Part shown: positions 21,590 to 31,064 of the stretch, one piece after another
Position numbering within the stretch: the stretch's first letter is position 1
Layout of the letters: each line of letters starts with the position of its first letter
Sequence record: OQ540978.1
DNA: 64,000 nucleotides
DNA from: Escherichia phage pEC-N1203-2Af.1
Strand: one strand, 5' to 3'
Made by a program: the position numbers and the translations under genes
Notes under the pieces: generated by a model
Seen by the model: the letters and a program-made list of their open reading frames with translations, nothing else
What the model was told of the DNA's origin: nothing
The model's database searches: none

Positions 21590-21615
21590 TCTCCTTAAAG
21601 CTCCCCGAAGGGAGC
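21590..21615 (-). terminator. Hairpin with UUCG tetraloop immediately upstream of the RBS of gene 19707-21584
   Basis: Minus-strand GCUCCC-UUCG-GGGAGC followed by UUUAAGGAG. Confidence 0.3.
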
Positions 21616-21625
21616 ATTATTTATA

Positions 21626-24600
21626 TTACCGTGCTCTTAATTCATTTACTTCTTTCTCAAGAGCTTCTATTCTATCTAACAAAACTAAGAGGACTTCGTG
21701 ATGCAGTGCAGCAGCTACCCCATAGGTGTCTACAGACTTAACATCTTTCACAATAGTTCCATCTTTCAATTCAGTGTCTGAATATTGGAGAGCCTTAACA
21801 GCGTCAGGGAAAACCTTCTCCACATCTTGCGCAAGGAAGCCAATACCATTAGGTTTAGGAAGTTTATCAAGACGTTCCCAAGTAACCCCTTTGATAGCCT
21901 TAAGTTTTTCAATGGGATTCTCAATACGCTTGATGTTAGTTTTAAGTCTTTCGTCTGAAGTGCTTGACCAGTTCCCTGCTTGAGCGGTTCCGTCCGGCAT
22001 GAACTTAAAATCAGCTGCTACACCTTGACCGTTGTTTACCGCAATCTGAGCATGAATCAGGTCTGTACCAGTACCACGAACGCCACCAAGAGTGTAACTA
22101 CCATCATACCAATCTCCAGAGAAATAAGAAACATATCCAGGAGTGGTTTGATTGAAGTTAATCATCCTCATACCGTTCCTCTCACTGGCTGCTACACCAA
22201 CAGAGGCGTTAGCTCTGACCAGCAAGTCAGTGGGTCTTAGGTATGCATCAATTGTTAGTGCCCCATCAGGTCTTTCTGTGCCAAGCTGAGATACTGCATT
22301 AGGAAGAACTAACGTTCCAGCATTATTGAATTTCCACTCCTGAGACCCGTTTAAGATTTTAGCTCCAGATGTTCCGGAGGCTCCGTCAATTTGCCCATAA
22401 GCAGATAAGGTTGCTGAGTAAGTTAGGTCGGTCCCTATTTTATACTCAGAGCGGACTAAACCACCAGACACCGTAAACCCAGTAGAAGGTTTGGTTGCAT
22501 CGGAGTTAATAACAGACCAAGATGTATTAGCAGCAGTAAATCCACCATTAGCACGAATTACCCAGACACCGGTGAAGCTGTTGGTGCGGACTTCGGTCGT
22601 GTTGTCGCGCCCATAAACAGAACTGGAAATGGAAGCATCAAGCGTTACAGATGCTGCTGCCGTGTTGAGGCCAGAATCCGCTGAAACGTTGGGGCGCCTT
22701 TTATCCTGCGCCCCCGCTTGCATAGCACCAGTGGCCGAGCCAATCACACCATAGTTGAAATCGTTCACCAGAGTGACAAATTCGCCTACGATGTTTGGCG
22801 CGGCGCTGCGGAATATTTTACCGTTATTGCTCGATACACCACCGTCACCGCGAGCATACAGACCAGAGATAGACCCACTTTGGACACCATTTCGGTCCGG
22901 GACACGGAAAGTAGTAGAACCATCCCCCAGTGAATATTTACCCCTTTGTTGGGGGTCAGCCAGCCAAGCAGCATCTGTGATAGGGGATAATGCTTGAGCA
23001 TAAGCCCACAGATCTGGATATGCCGTACGAGATAATAATTGACCGTCAGAAGTTACGTCATTAGAGTGAATAAGAGCACGACTGTCTACTAAACGGAAAT
23101 CGCCAATATTGAAATTAGAGACACCGTTCAAGCTAGCCCCACCACCGCCACCCCCTTGGTTTCTTAACTGACGTAAGGTAACAGCATCCAGATCACTTAC
23201 AGCATCTCCACCCAGTCGAGTAGGGCCAACCAAACCCTCAAGCTTAGTGATATCCCCGTTAACCCCAGCAGAGGTTATAGCAGCAGCCCCTATTTCAGCA
23301 GGAGTTGGTTTATTAGCCTCAGTGTAAAACTTCTTCTCTCCCGAATCGTTTACATAAACAGGGACATCAGAAGATAAGATTTTAGCTTTAACTGTATCAC
23401 TACCGAGAAGAACGGAACCATCAGTTGCAACAGTTGCTATATTAATAGATGTTCCAGAACTCGCGGTACCCGTTAACACAATACCAGAGCTGAGATTTAG
23501 ATGGCCTGTCATCTTACCACCAGTAGTAGGAAGGGCACCTACATCTGATGCTGTGACTGTAACATTACCTGTTGCTTCATTAGGGATCTTACCGTTAACA
23601 GCAACAACATAAGGAACCTGAGAAAGAGGTCTTCCATCATACTGAGTGTCATTTGTTTTACTTGGAGATCTAATTGCCTCACCACCTGTCCAATCGGGAA
23701 GTCGAATATTGATAAAATTTGTTGAATCCGCATCAGTAACCCCATCAGCCAATTTGCCCCAAGAGAAATACTGTTTAGCTCCAGCTTGCCACGCAGTTTC
23801 AGAAACAACAGGAAGTTGACCACTGACAAGAGATGGACCTAAATCAGCAGCGTTATCTTTAGACACTAAACGACCATCAGCTGGAAGAACACCCGGATAT
23901 GACACCTGTTTGGCTGGGTCATAAGGGAACATTAACATCTCACCCAAATACAAAGATGGGTTACCGGTAGGTATTGTAATATCAATATTACCAGTAGAAT
24001 CTGGAACTCGAGAGTTTACTGTAACAATCCTATTTTCTGTTTTAGAAAGAGTTAGTGTTTTATCAGCAGCTACAGTGTAGAAGACGTATTTATAATCCTC
24101 CCAAACTAGGATGTTTTCACCAACCTTTCGGTTAACTGCATCAGCATCCGCAGCAGCTTTGGTTCTGTAGGTTTTAACATACCCATCCACTTTACCATCA
24201 ACTTGAGAGATACTATAAGAGGCTACGTTAACTACATTATTAAGACCTACAGTAGTTTTGTCTAGGACCAGATTAACTTCGCCATCAGCAGGTGTTCCAC
24301 CGTTGACAGAAACAGAACGAACAGATGGGATTAAGTTAGCGATGTTCTCTAGAGTAGTTTTGTGGACAGTGTTGTCATCTTTGTCAACATAGAAACCTAA
24401 GTCACCTAACTCTGGAACACCGGTAGGTGCTGTATCTAAATCCTTAACAGAACCATCCTTTCCGGGATCACCTTCTGGAATACCTAAAGAGATTACACCA
24501 GTGGTCGGATTAAAAGAACCAGTAGCTTGACTCCCCGGAGGAAGGGTAGTTACATCAACAGACATTCCCAACAGAACATCAAGCTGTTTCTGGACTTCAA

Positions 24601-24937
24601 TGAGCTTCTGATTAATGAGAGCAACAGCGTTATTAGCATCAGAGACTGCTGCGTTAGTTTGAGCAACCAAGCTCATCAGACGAGCATCTTGATCTATAAA
24701 ATCCTGCTTAAGATCTTCAATGTCTTGCTTCATCAGAACACCTTGTTGATACAGACGTTCTACTTCAGCGATCAAGTCATCAATTGTACCAAACTTAGAT
24801 TCCGCTAGCAGTGCCCAATATTTAGAATCAGCTGCATATTCTGCTGCTTGCTTGTAAGCTCCGATAGAGCCTTCAGTAGCACCAAACTGCCCAACATTAT
24901 TCACTGCATCAGGTGCTTGGTTATTATAAACGATCAT
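21626..24937 (-). CDS. Tail fibre/tailspike with tail-collar domain and C-terminal S74-type intramolecular chaperone
   Basis: ORF 1103 aa; SDGQLLSRTAYPDLW...GDGSTTFRVPDRNGV collar motif; C-terminal SDERLKTNIKRIENPIEKL...GFLAQDVEKVFPDAV typical of autoproteolytic chaperone domain. Confidence 0.7.
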   Translation of the reverse strand: MIVYNNQAPDAVNNVGQFGATEGSIGAYKQAAEYAADSKYWALLAESKFGTIDDLIAEVERLYQQGVLMKQDIEDLKQDFIDQDARLMSLVAQTNAAVSDANNAVALINQKLIEVQKQLDVLLGMSVDVTTLPPGSQATGSFNPTTGVISLGIPEGDPGKDGSVKDLDTAPTGVPELGDLGFYVDKDDNTVHKTTLENIANLIPSVRSVSVNGGTPADGEVNLVLDKTTVGLNNVVNVASYSISQVDGKVDGYVKTYRTKAAADADAVNRKVGENILVWEDYKYVFYTVAADKTLTLSKTENRIVTVNSRVPDSTGNIDITIPTGNPSLYLGEMLMFPYDPAKQVSYPGVLPADGRLVSKDNAADLGPSLVSGQLPVVSETAWQAGAKQYFSWGKLADGVTDADSTNFINIRLPDWTGGEAIRSPSKTNDTQYDGRPLSQVPYVVAVNGKIPNEATGNVTVTASDVGALPTTGGKMTGHLNLSSGIVLTGTASSGTSINIATVATDGSVLLGSDTVKAKILSSDVPVYVNDSGEKKFYTEANKPTPAEIGAAAITSAGVNGDITKLEGLVGPTRLGGDAVSDLDAVTLRQLRNQGGGGGGASLNGVSNFNIGDFRLVDSRALIHSNDVTSDGQLLSRTAYPDLWAYAQALSPITDAAWLADPQQRGKYSLGDGSTTFRVPDRNGVQSGSISGLYARGDGGVSSNNGKIFRSAAPNIVGEFVTLVNDFNYGVIGSATGAMQAGAQDKRRPNVSADSGLNTAAASVTLDASISSSVYGRDNTTEVRTNSFTGVWVIRANGGFTAANTSWSVINSDATKPSTGFTVSGGLVRSEYKIGTDLTYSATLSAYGQIDGASGTSGAKILNGSQEWKFNNAGTLVLPNAVSQLGTERPDGALTIDAYLRPTDLLVRANASVGVAASERNGMRMINFNQTTPGYVSYFSGDWYDGSYTLGGVRGTGTDLIHAQIAVNNGQGVAADFKFMPDGTAQAGNWSSTSDERLKTNIKRIENPIEKLKAIKGVTWERLDKLPKPNGIGFLAQDVEKVFPDAVKALQYSDTELKDGTIVKDVKSVDTYGVAAALHHEVLLVLLDRIEALEKEVNELRAR

Positions 24938-24946
24938 ATTATCTCC

Positions 24947-25699
24947 TTATACACGAGAAGTACGAATACCATAAATATCAGGCAGGCTGCTCTGAAGTCG
25001 AGTCATGTTATTCGGAATTGCGATAGGTGAACCTGAGTACTCTTGCTTCTTATTCTGCTCTACCATTTCATCAAGGATAGCTTTTCCTAATGCTGACCAT
25101 TTCTGAACTCCATTATCATCTTGAACAAACAAGCAAGCATGACGTAGAGTGAAATACAGAAGAAGTTCTGGTGCAATAGTAAGGATAGCACTGGTATCTG
25201 TATCTTCATGGAACTCCGGTGGGTCTGCATAATAACTAAGAATGACTGAGTTTTCTGCTGGAATCAAAGGACTTCCATCATCAGGATAAACAGGAGTATC
25301 TGCTTCAATGCTAGGGTAGAAAATGAAACGACTACCGAAACGAGCAAAGTTAACAGGTTGGTTATTCCAGTGAGATGGGTTAATTGTTCCATGCTGTCTA
25401 CGATAGCTAATCTCTTCAGGAGATGTTACTTGGAAGATTGTACCATCTTTGGCTCTCATCATCCATTGAGCTTCTAAGTAATCAGGAGGAATGTAAGCTA
25501 CTCCATCTTTAATATCTAAATACACTTCTTTTTCCAGAGGAGGAATACGTAAGTTACGATAAATCTCTTTCTCTGCAAAGTTAATAAAGTTTGGAATTTG
25601 ATTAACAAATTCGTCATCGTCCCTATCTGCCCAGAGGGCCACGGCCTTCTTTAGCCACCCATAGGTATTGATGGGGTATTGAACATCTGGCATCGCCAT
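24947..25699 (-). CDS. Virion protein (possible head-tail adaptor / tail tubular protein)
   Basis: ORF 250 aa between capsid and fibre genes; TAATGTATA motif upstream. Confidence 0.4.
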   Translation of the reverse strand: MAMPDVQYPINTYGWLKKAVALWADRDDDEFVNQIPNFINFAEKEIYRNLRIPPLEKEVYLDIKDGVAYIPPDYLEAQWMMRAKDGTIFQVTSPEEISYRRQHGTINPSHWNNQPVNFARFGSRFIFYPSIEADTPVYPDDGSPLIPAENSVILSYYADPPEFHEDTDTSAILTIAPELLLYFTLRHACLFVQDDNGVQKWSALGKAILDEMVEQNKKQEYSGSPIAIPNNMTRLQSSLPDIYGIRTSRV

Positions 25700-25732
25700 A
25701 GGTTGTCCTCCTTGTTATATGTAGACAAAGAA

Positions 25733-25741
25733 TATACATTA
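25733..25741 (-). promoter_or_regulatory. TAATGTATA motif (candidate phage-sigma-dependent late promoter element)
   Basis: Minus-strand TAATGTATA about 36 nt upstream of ATG 25699, just downstream of terminator 25764-25792. Confidence 0.4.
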
Positions 25742-25763
25742 CACACTAGCTTGTATAGGTCTT

Positions 25764-25792
25764 AAAACAAGAAAAGCCACCCGAAGGCAGCT
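25764..25792 (-). terminator. Rho-independent terminator (UUCG tetraloop) after capsid/Ig-like genes
   Basis: Minus-strand AGCUGCC-UUCG-GGUGGCU (G-U wobbles) followed by UUUUCUUGUUUU. Confidence 0.6.
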
Positions 25793-25798
25793 TTAGTT

Positions 25799-26347
25799 TT
25801 AGGCTTTGGGGGTAACACCTGTGAATTCACAAGTGGCTGTTACAAGAGGTTTAGTCTTGTGTGTAGCTGCAACAGAGACTGTACCAGTAGCAGCATCAGC
25901 AAGAGTCAAAAGACCAGCTGCACTGACAGTACCTGCTTCAGTAGGGGTTACAACAAAATCATAATCACTACCAGCAGAATTGGTTACAGTAAACATTGTA
26001 GAGAAGGCAGTAGTAGAACCACCGACTTTACCAGCAATAGGACCACGACTTACAATTGTAGGTTCAGGGTCAGCAATAGCTGAGATCGTAGATGTACCGG
26101 ATTTACCACCTTTAGTAGCTTTCACTGTAATCGGGGTTTCTTGCGACGCACTCGGTGCAGTGTACAGTCCAGAAACAGAAATAGCCCCACCACCCTCAAC
26201 GGACCAAACAAATCCAGTTGTTGATGTGGAGCTATCACTCATTTGTGCTGTAGCTGTAAACTGCTGAGTAGCCCCCGTCGGAAGGCTTGCAACCGACGAA
26301 GGACTAACAGTTATGGTATCTACTGTTACGCCGCCACCGCCTTTCCC
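25799..26347 (-). CDS. Ig-like (BIG2-type) capsid extension/decoration; probably the -1 frameshift C-terminal extension of the major capsid protein
   Basis: ORF 25799-26242 is open upstream in the same frame through the capsid stop to the slippery site; product reads GKGGGGVTVDTITVSPSSVASLPTGATQQFTATAQMSDSST..., Thr/Ser/Gly/Val-rich Ig-like pattern. Confidence 0.5.
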   Translation of the reverse strand, partial: GKGGGGVTVDTITVSPSSVASLPTGATQQFTATAQMSDSSTSTTGFVWSVEGGGAISVSGLYTAPSASQETPITVKATKGGKSGTSTISAIADPEPTIVSRGPIAGKVGGSTTAFSTMFTVTNSAGSDYDFVVTPTEAGTVSAAGLLTLADAATGTVSVAATHKTKPLVTATCEFTGVTPKA

Positions 26348-27387
26348 GCAGCAGTGAACAGAACGCCGGAAGCATACGGGTTGCGGTGACGCAGACCAAC
26401 TTCCATCTCAATCATCCACTTCTCGTAAGAACCATCTTTCGCCAGTTCAGTACGTTTCGGAGCACGCAGAACCATCTGGGTCCAGTCAGCGCTACGGAAG
26501 AAGTAAACTGCATCGGTAGGCATCCAACGGTTAACGATGATTTTGTAGCTCTGGCCCAGCGGGTCAGTGATGCTGTTAACTTCGTAGATGAACTGCTTGG
26601 TGTTCTCAAAGATACGCTTACGTGAACCCTGAGTATTTTCTTGCAGACCAGCGAAGATCTTAGCATGAGCCGGGTTAATCATGATGATATCTGCTTCAGA
26701 ACCAGCGGTGTAAAGTTGCAGAGTCATATCAAAGATATCTGCTTCATCAAAACCGATGTTAGTAGCCGGGTTAGAAGCGTTCTGTGCAACTTTAACAGTG
26801 ATTGCACCGGTATCTGGGTCAGCAGGACCATTCTTGGTTTTGTCAACAACGCCACCAGCCAGACCGCCGTGAGCACACAGGAACTGGAAAGCACCAGTCT
26901 TACGAGCTGCATGGGTGTCGTTCTTACCGATCTGAGCCGGATCAGCGGCAGAGTTAGTCAGATACTGGTCAGCCAGAACGTCGGTACGAGCCTGACCGGA
27001 CAGAAGGATTTTCTCGAGGTCACGCTTGATCTCTTTACCTTTCTTCTCCAGCTGATACATCAGTTCACGACCACGACCGTAGTTAGCGGTGGTGTTAGCA
27101 GTGTCAGAAACACGAACAACCTTACGCAGAATCTGAGTAACGTTAGACTTGATAACAGTCGGTTTCATTTCGCCGTCTTCAGCACGAGAGCCTTCGACGT
27201 GTGCGTTATTACCATCAACGCTTGCCAGTGCATCGGTCTGCCAGCTAAAGATAGTCTGGTTGATAGACTCTTTACCGGTCATAGATACGAACGGAGTATC
27301 CTGAGGGGACAGAACAGAAATCCAGTTAGCAAAAGAAAGTTTTTTACCATTCTGGTCATACGATACAAATAAAGTTGGATTAGCCAT
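26326..27387 (-). CDS. Major capsid protein
   Basis: ORF 353 aa located after scaffold gene and before Ig-like extension; strong RBS; position/size typical of HK97-fold capsid proteins. Confidence 0.65.
   Translation of the reverse strand: MANPTLFVSYDQNGKKLSFANWISVLSPQDTPFVSMTGKESINQTIFSWQTDALASVDGNNAHVEGSRAEDGEMKPTVIKSNVTQILRKVVRVSDTANTTANYGRGRELMYQLEKKGKEIKRDLEKILLSGQARTDVLADQYLTNSAADPAQIGKNDTHAARKTGAFQFLCAHGGLAGGVVDKTKNGPADPDTGAITVKVAQNASNPATNIGFDEADIFDMTLQLYTAGSEADIIMINPAHAKIFAGLQENTQGSRKRIFENTKQFIYEVNSITDPLGQSYKIIVNRWMPTDAVYFFRSADWTQMVLRAPKRTELAKDGSYEKWMIEMEVGLRHRNPYASGVLFTAAGKAVAA
26341..26347 (-). other. Candidate -1 programmed ribosomal frameshift slippery heptamer G_GGA_AAG
   Basis: mRNA GGGAAAG 7 codons before capsid stop; -1 frame opens into the Ig-like ORF; same heptamer as the lambda G-T shift site. 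Confidence 0.5.
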
Positions 27388-27428
27388 GTTATGTTAGCTC
27401 CTATACTATTAAATAATTAATTTGTCGA

Positions 27429-28514
27429 TTAATCTACGAGGAATTTGAATGCGTCTTCGTGACTAACGCGACCCTCTGCGAATGCCTTGGCAACCTTAGC
27501 GTTGTCTGGCTTATTGGAAGTACGAGACTTTGCAGCATCAGACTTCACAACCTTGCGTGGAGCACCGGGACGTTTAATCTTAGCCATCACCTGCTGCTTA
27601 CCTTTATCAAATTGGTATGCTTTATGGAGAGCTAGGAAAATAGACGGACGGTTTTCCTTCAATACTTCTTCTTCAGTAGCACCTAAGTCAATTGCATATT
27701 GCATTAAGTTTTGATATAAGTTTTCATCCCAATTTGGAATCTCACGTTTCAGAATATTAACGCACTCAACACTTTTGGCTTGGAAAGCTTCCTGTTCTTT
27801 AGCTGCTGCTTCCTGCTTAACACGCATCTGAGCCTGTTCAAGCTGGTTACGACGAGCTGTGTACTTCTCTAGGAAACGTTTGTTTTCAACATATGCTTGA
27901 GGATCTTCTACTGCAAGCTTGTCCCAATCAAATCCGTTGTAATCTTCAATTACTCGGTCTGCTTCTAAAGACGCTAATTCTAATACATCCTTCAAACCTA
28001 CTACACGTTCCTCAAATGCTTCCATGTGACGCTGAAGAGTTGATTCTCGTTCGGTCATGTCAGCACCAGTAAGATAGCCATTGGAGAGTTCTTCAATAGT
28101 CATCTCACGTCCATCAGGAAGGGTGATAACGGTTTCGTAGTCTACATCAAAGACTTCACCATCACCGTCAGCAGAATCATCTTCATATCCTGCATCGCTT
28201 GAGTCTTCCTCTTCTACTTCAGTGTTTTCATCACCTTCATCAGAGTCATCCCCATCTTCTTCGACTTCGCCTTCCTCATCATGATCTTCCCAACCATCTT
28301 CATCTTCGAACTTAAGCTCATCGCTTTCGCCGAGAAGGTCGGTATCAAAGTCGAAATTGTCACCGGTATCTTCCGGGAACTCATCGTCAATGTCCACTTC
28401 TGGTTCTTGTTCAGATTCTAATCGACCAAGCTCTTCTTTAAAAGAGCCTTTCAGGTCATCCAGTTGGAGGAAAGATTTAAAATCGTTCGGGTCAATATAA
28501 TTATCTTGTGGCAT
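27429..28514 (-). CDS. Scaffolding protein
   Basis: ORF 361 aa, extremely acidic N-terminal half (poly D/E), coiled-coil C-terminus, between portal and capsid. Confidence 0.6.
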   Translation of the reverse strand: MPQDNYIDPNDFKSFLQLDDLKGSFKEELGRLESEQEPEVDIDDEFPEDTGDNFDFDTDLLGESDELKFEDEDGWEDHDEEGEVEEDGDDSDEGDENTEVEEEDSSDAGYEDDSADGDGEVFDVDYETVITLPDGREMTIEELSNGYLTGADMTERESTLQRHMEAFEERVVGLKDVLELASLEADRVIEDYNGFDWDKLAVEDPQAYVENKRFLEKYTARRNQLEQAQMRVKQEAAAKEQEAFQAKSVECVNILKREIPNWDENLYQNLMQYAIDLGATEEEVLKENRPSIFLALHKAYQFDKGKQQVMAKIKRPGAPRKVVKSDAAKSRTSNKPDNAKVAKAFAEGRVSHEDAFKFLVD

Positions 28515-28750
28515 TATGAAACATCTCCTGCACTATTGATAGCAGCTTTTATGACCTCTTTTAAGCTACCCACCATTTTATACTTTTGATAACAATCTTC
28601 GCGTTTCTTATTCTCATGAGGTTCAGTTTGAACTATCTCTGTCATGAGTCTTTCTTTCAATGCCTCTAATGCTGCGTCAAGACTGCCGTTAAGATTGAGA
28701 GCCGCCAAAGCGGCGGCGTGCTCTTTATTGAATTGATGCCTAATGTTCAT
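28514..28750 (-). CDS. Small hypothetical head-module protein
   Basis: ORF 78 aa between portal and scaffold genes. Confidence 0.35.
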   Translation of the reverse strand: MNIRHQFNKEHAAALAALNLNGSLDAALEALKERLMTEIVQTEPHENKKREDCYQKYKMVGSLKEVIKAAINSAGDVS

Positions 28751-28759
28751 TCGACGTCC

Positions 28760-31003
28760 TTACTTTTTACTTCCAAGACGTTTGCCCGGAATCCGTGAAT
28801 CTTTGAGAGAAGCTTGTTGCTCTTTCTTAGTTACATTTGCTTCTTTCTTCTGGAGTTCCAAAGTTTTATCCTGAACACGAGTTTGCTGAACAATCTTCTC
28901 TTGGTCAACCTGATGCTCCATAACCATCTGCAATTCTTTCAGTACAGACTCATACTGACGGACCTGCTGTTGCATAAGAGCTAGCTTGTGCTTAGCTTGT
29001 TCCAGAGTTGCATTGTTATCTTCTTTACGGTTTTCCAGAGTCATAGCATCTGCTGCATTTTCTTGCTTGAACTGCAACTCTTCCTGACGCAGACTTAATT
29101 CATCCGCAGCTTTCTGCTGTTCGAATGTAGTACGTTCACGCTGGTCGAATGCATCAGCAATCATCTTCTGAGAAGAAGCCTGTACGTTCTCAACCTGTGC
29201 TTTAGTCATCTCGAGCTGGAGGATTTCCATCGGAGACGGCTCAGGAGGCTGATACTGTTCCAGAGGCAGTAAGTATTTATGAGTGTCTTTAATACCCATC
29301 AACTCAAAGATCTGTGCAGTCATGTAACGGTCTTGCTCCAAACCGAAGAGAGGTGCTAGCTGTGCATCTGCTGCAATCAGCTGTTTCAAGCTAATCAGTT
29401 TCTGTGCACGTTCTGCTTTCTCATTAGGAGAGATGGCTACAACAACTTGAAGATTATGACGAGCTGGTAATTGTTTCGGATTAACCTGAACCATACCACG
29501 AGGAGTTTGTACCTCAATAGGAACTTCACCGTTTTCTCTGATAAGGCTGTAAATACCACGCATCAATTCAACCATACCGTTGTGAGCAATGTTACGACAT
29601 ACCATACGGAGACGGTTCTGTGCAGCATTCATCATCAAGCCTACGGTTGCATAAGCGTTATCGTTCTTAAACACATCAGGGTTGATACCCATGCCAAGTT
29701 TAGTTACACCGGTACGTGTCTCTTTAAGCTCCTCAGACATGCCTAGGAGGCCGTCAATACCTTGAGGTAGGTTATGGTATGGGAACAGGTCAATAGCGTC
29801 CTGACGTTCCATTTCAACCACTCCACCGGGACGGTTATCAAGCAGAGAGCGGCGATCGTATGCACCAACAAGAGCTTTGTATCGACCATAGTTAGCATTG
29901 TTGACGTTATCAATATAACCACGAACTAACGCGGTACGTAAATCCTGAATATCTTTCGTAATGTCATAGACTGATTGACCATAGAAGGAACCCGGAATCG
30001 GATACGGACAGAAGGTTACAAACGGAATGTGAGTTACTTCTTCAGTGTGAAGGATATGCTCACCAGCTTGAATAACCTGATAGAGTTTAGATTCTTTATT
30101 CTTATCTAGAACACCAGTACGGATGTAGTGCTCATAAACCCAAACCATAGTAGCGATATCTTCAGTATCTGTACCAATGTCAGCATCAATGTCCTGACGC
30201 CAGTCAGTACGAGACCAAGCAACTGTAGATTGAGTGGTATCCATCGTGTCTGTCCAGTCGTTGAATGCTTCAATCTCATCTTTAGGGAAGCCCATAGCAA
30301 CCAGATCTTCTTTAGAACGACGTACACGATGACAGAAGTATTGTGCATCTGCAAAAGAGGTAGCATGTTCATCAACAAAGATTTGCTCTGAAGGAACATA
30401 TTCAACTTTCACACGTTTAACAGTTTGTTCGTAAGTAACTTTAACATCAACTGTACCATCTTCGTTTTCTTCAGTGAATATTTCCAGATTCTTGAGTCCA
30501 CCAGCTTCTAATCCCTGAACATATGCAGCCAATGCTTCCGGTGGTACACCTTCAGCTTCTTCAGTTTGAGTAGAAGTGTGCTCATCCCAATAGTATTTGA
30601 TAAAAGAGTTACGAGTAACCAGACATTCTTGTGCAGCAGAGGAGATAATATTGTATCCCGGATTATCACGCAGAAGAATTTGGTTAACTAATTTAGTTGC
30701 TACATCAGCAGCATCAGAATCCTGTTGGTTATCAGCTACGAAAGTAACTGCTTCATCACCAGAACAGAATACGTTAATAATATCTTGCAGTGTACCGTTA
30801 ACAGATTCCCAAACAGTACGATCTACCCAACTAGAGCTGCCAGCAGTTACTGGTGCAGGTAAGTTACCATAGAAATATTCCCAAGCTTCACGAGCATAGC
30901 CCTTAACAGCCATGTCAACGTAACCTTGAGCGTAATTAAAACGACGTTGAAGGTCAACACGTAACTCGTCCAACACCTCTTCACTATATTTTTGCTTAGC
31001 CAT
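28760..31003 (-). CDS. Portal protein
   Basis: ORF 747 aa immediately downstream of large terminase; size and position typical; C-terminal coiled coil. Confidence 0.6.
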   Translation of the reverse strand: MAKQKYSEEVLDELRVDLQRRFNYAQGYVDMAVKGYAREAWEYFYGNLPAPVTAGSSSWVDRTVWESVNGTLQDIINVFCSGDEAVTFVADNQQDSDAADVATKLVNQILLRDNPGYNIISSAAQECLVTRNSFIKYYWDEHTSTQTEEAEGVPPEALAAYVQGLEAGGLKNLEIFTEENEDGTVDVKVTYEQTVKRVKVEYVPSEQIFVDEHATSFADAQYFCHRVRRSKEDLVAMGFPKDEIEAFNDWTDTMDTTQSTVAWSRTDWRQDIDADIGTDTEDIATMVWVYEHYIRTGVLDKNKESKLYQVIQAGEHILHTEEVTHIPFVTFCPYPIPGSFYGQSVYDITKDIQDLRTALVRGYIDNVNNANYGRYKALVGAYDRRSLLDNRPGGVVEMERQDAIDLFPYHNLPQGIDGLLGMSEELKETRTGVTKLGMGINPDVFKNDNAYATVGLMMNAAQNRLRMVCRNIAHNGMVELMRGIYSLIRENGEVPIEVQTPRGMVQVNPKQLPARHNLQVVVAISPNEKAERAQKLISLKQLIAADAQLAPLFGLEQDRYMTAQIFELMGIKDTHKYLLPLEQYQPPEPSPMEILQLEMTKAQVENVQASSQKMIADAFDQRERTTFEQQKAADELSLRQEELQFKQENAADAMTLENRKEDNNATLEQAKHKLALMQQQVRQYESVLKELQMVMEHQVDQEKIVQQTRVQDKTLELQKKEANVTKKEQQASLKDSRIPGKRLGSKK

Positions 31004-31023
31004 CTATTCTCTCCCTCGGTTGA

Positions 31024-31057
31024 TAGCTTAAATAAAAGAAGGGAGGACAAACCTCCC
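31024..31057 (-). terminator. Hairpin/terminator between terminase and portal genes
   Basis: Minus-strand GGGAGG-UUUGU-CCUCCC followed by UUCUUUUAUUU. Confidence 0.5.
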
Positions 31058-31064
31058 CCTTACT

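Noticed and set aside
26386-27372. Plus-strand ORFs within the major capsid gene (26386-26625, 26641-27372) and minus-strand alternative-frame ORFs (26412-26666, 26724-26912)
   Set aside because: Antisense or out-of-frame to a strongly supported capsid gene; the 243-aa plus-strand ORF is an artefact of the GC-rich codon-biased capsid sequence.
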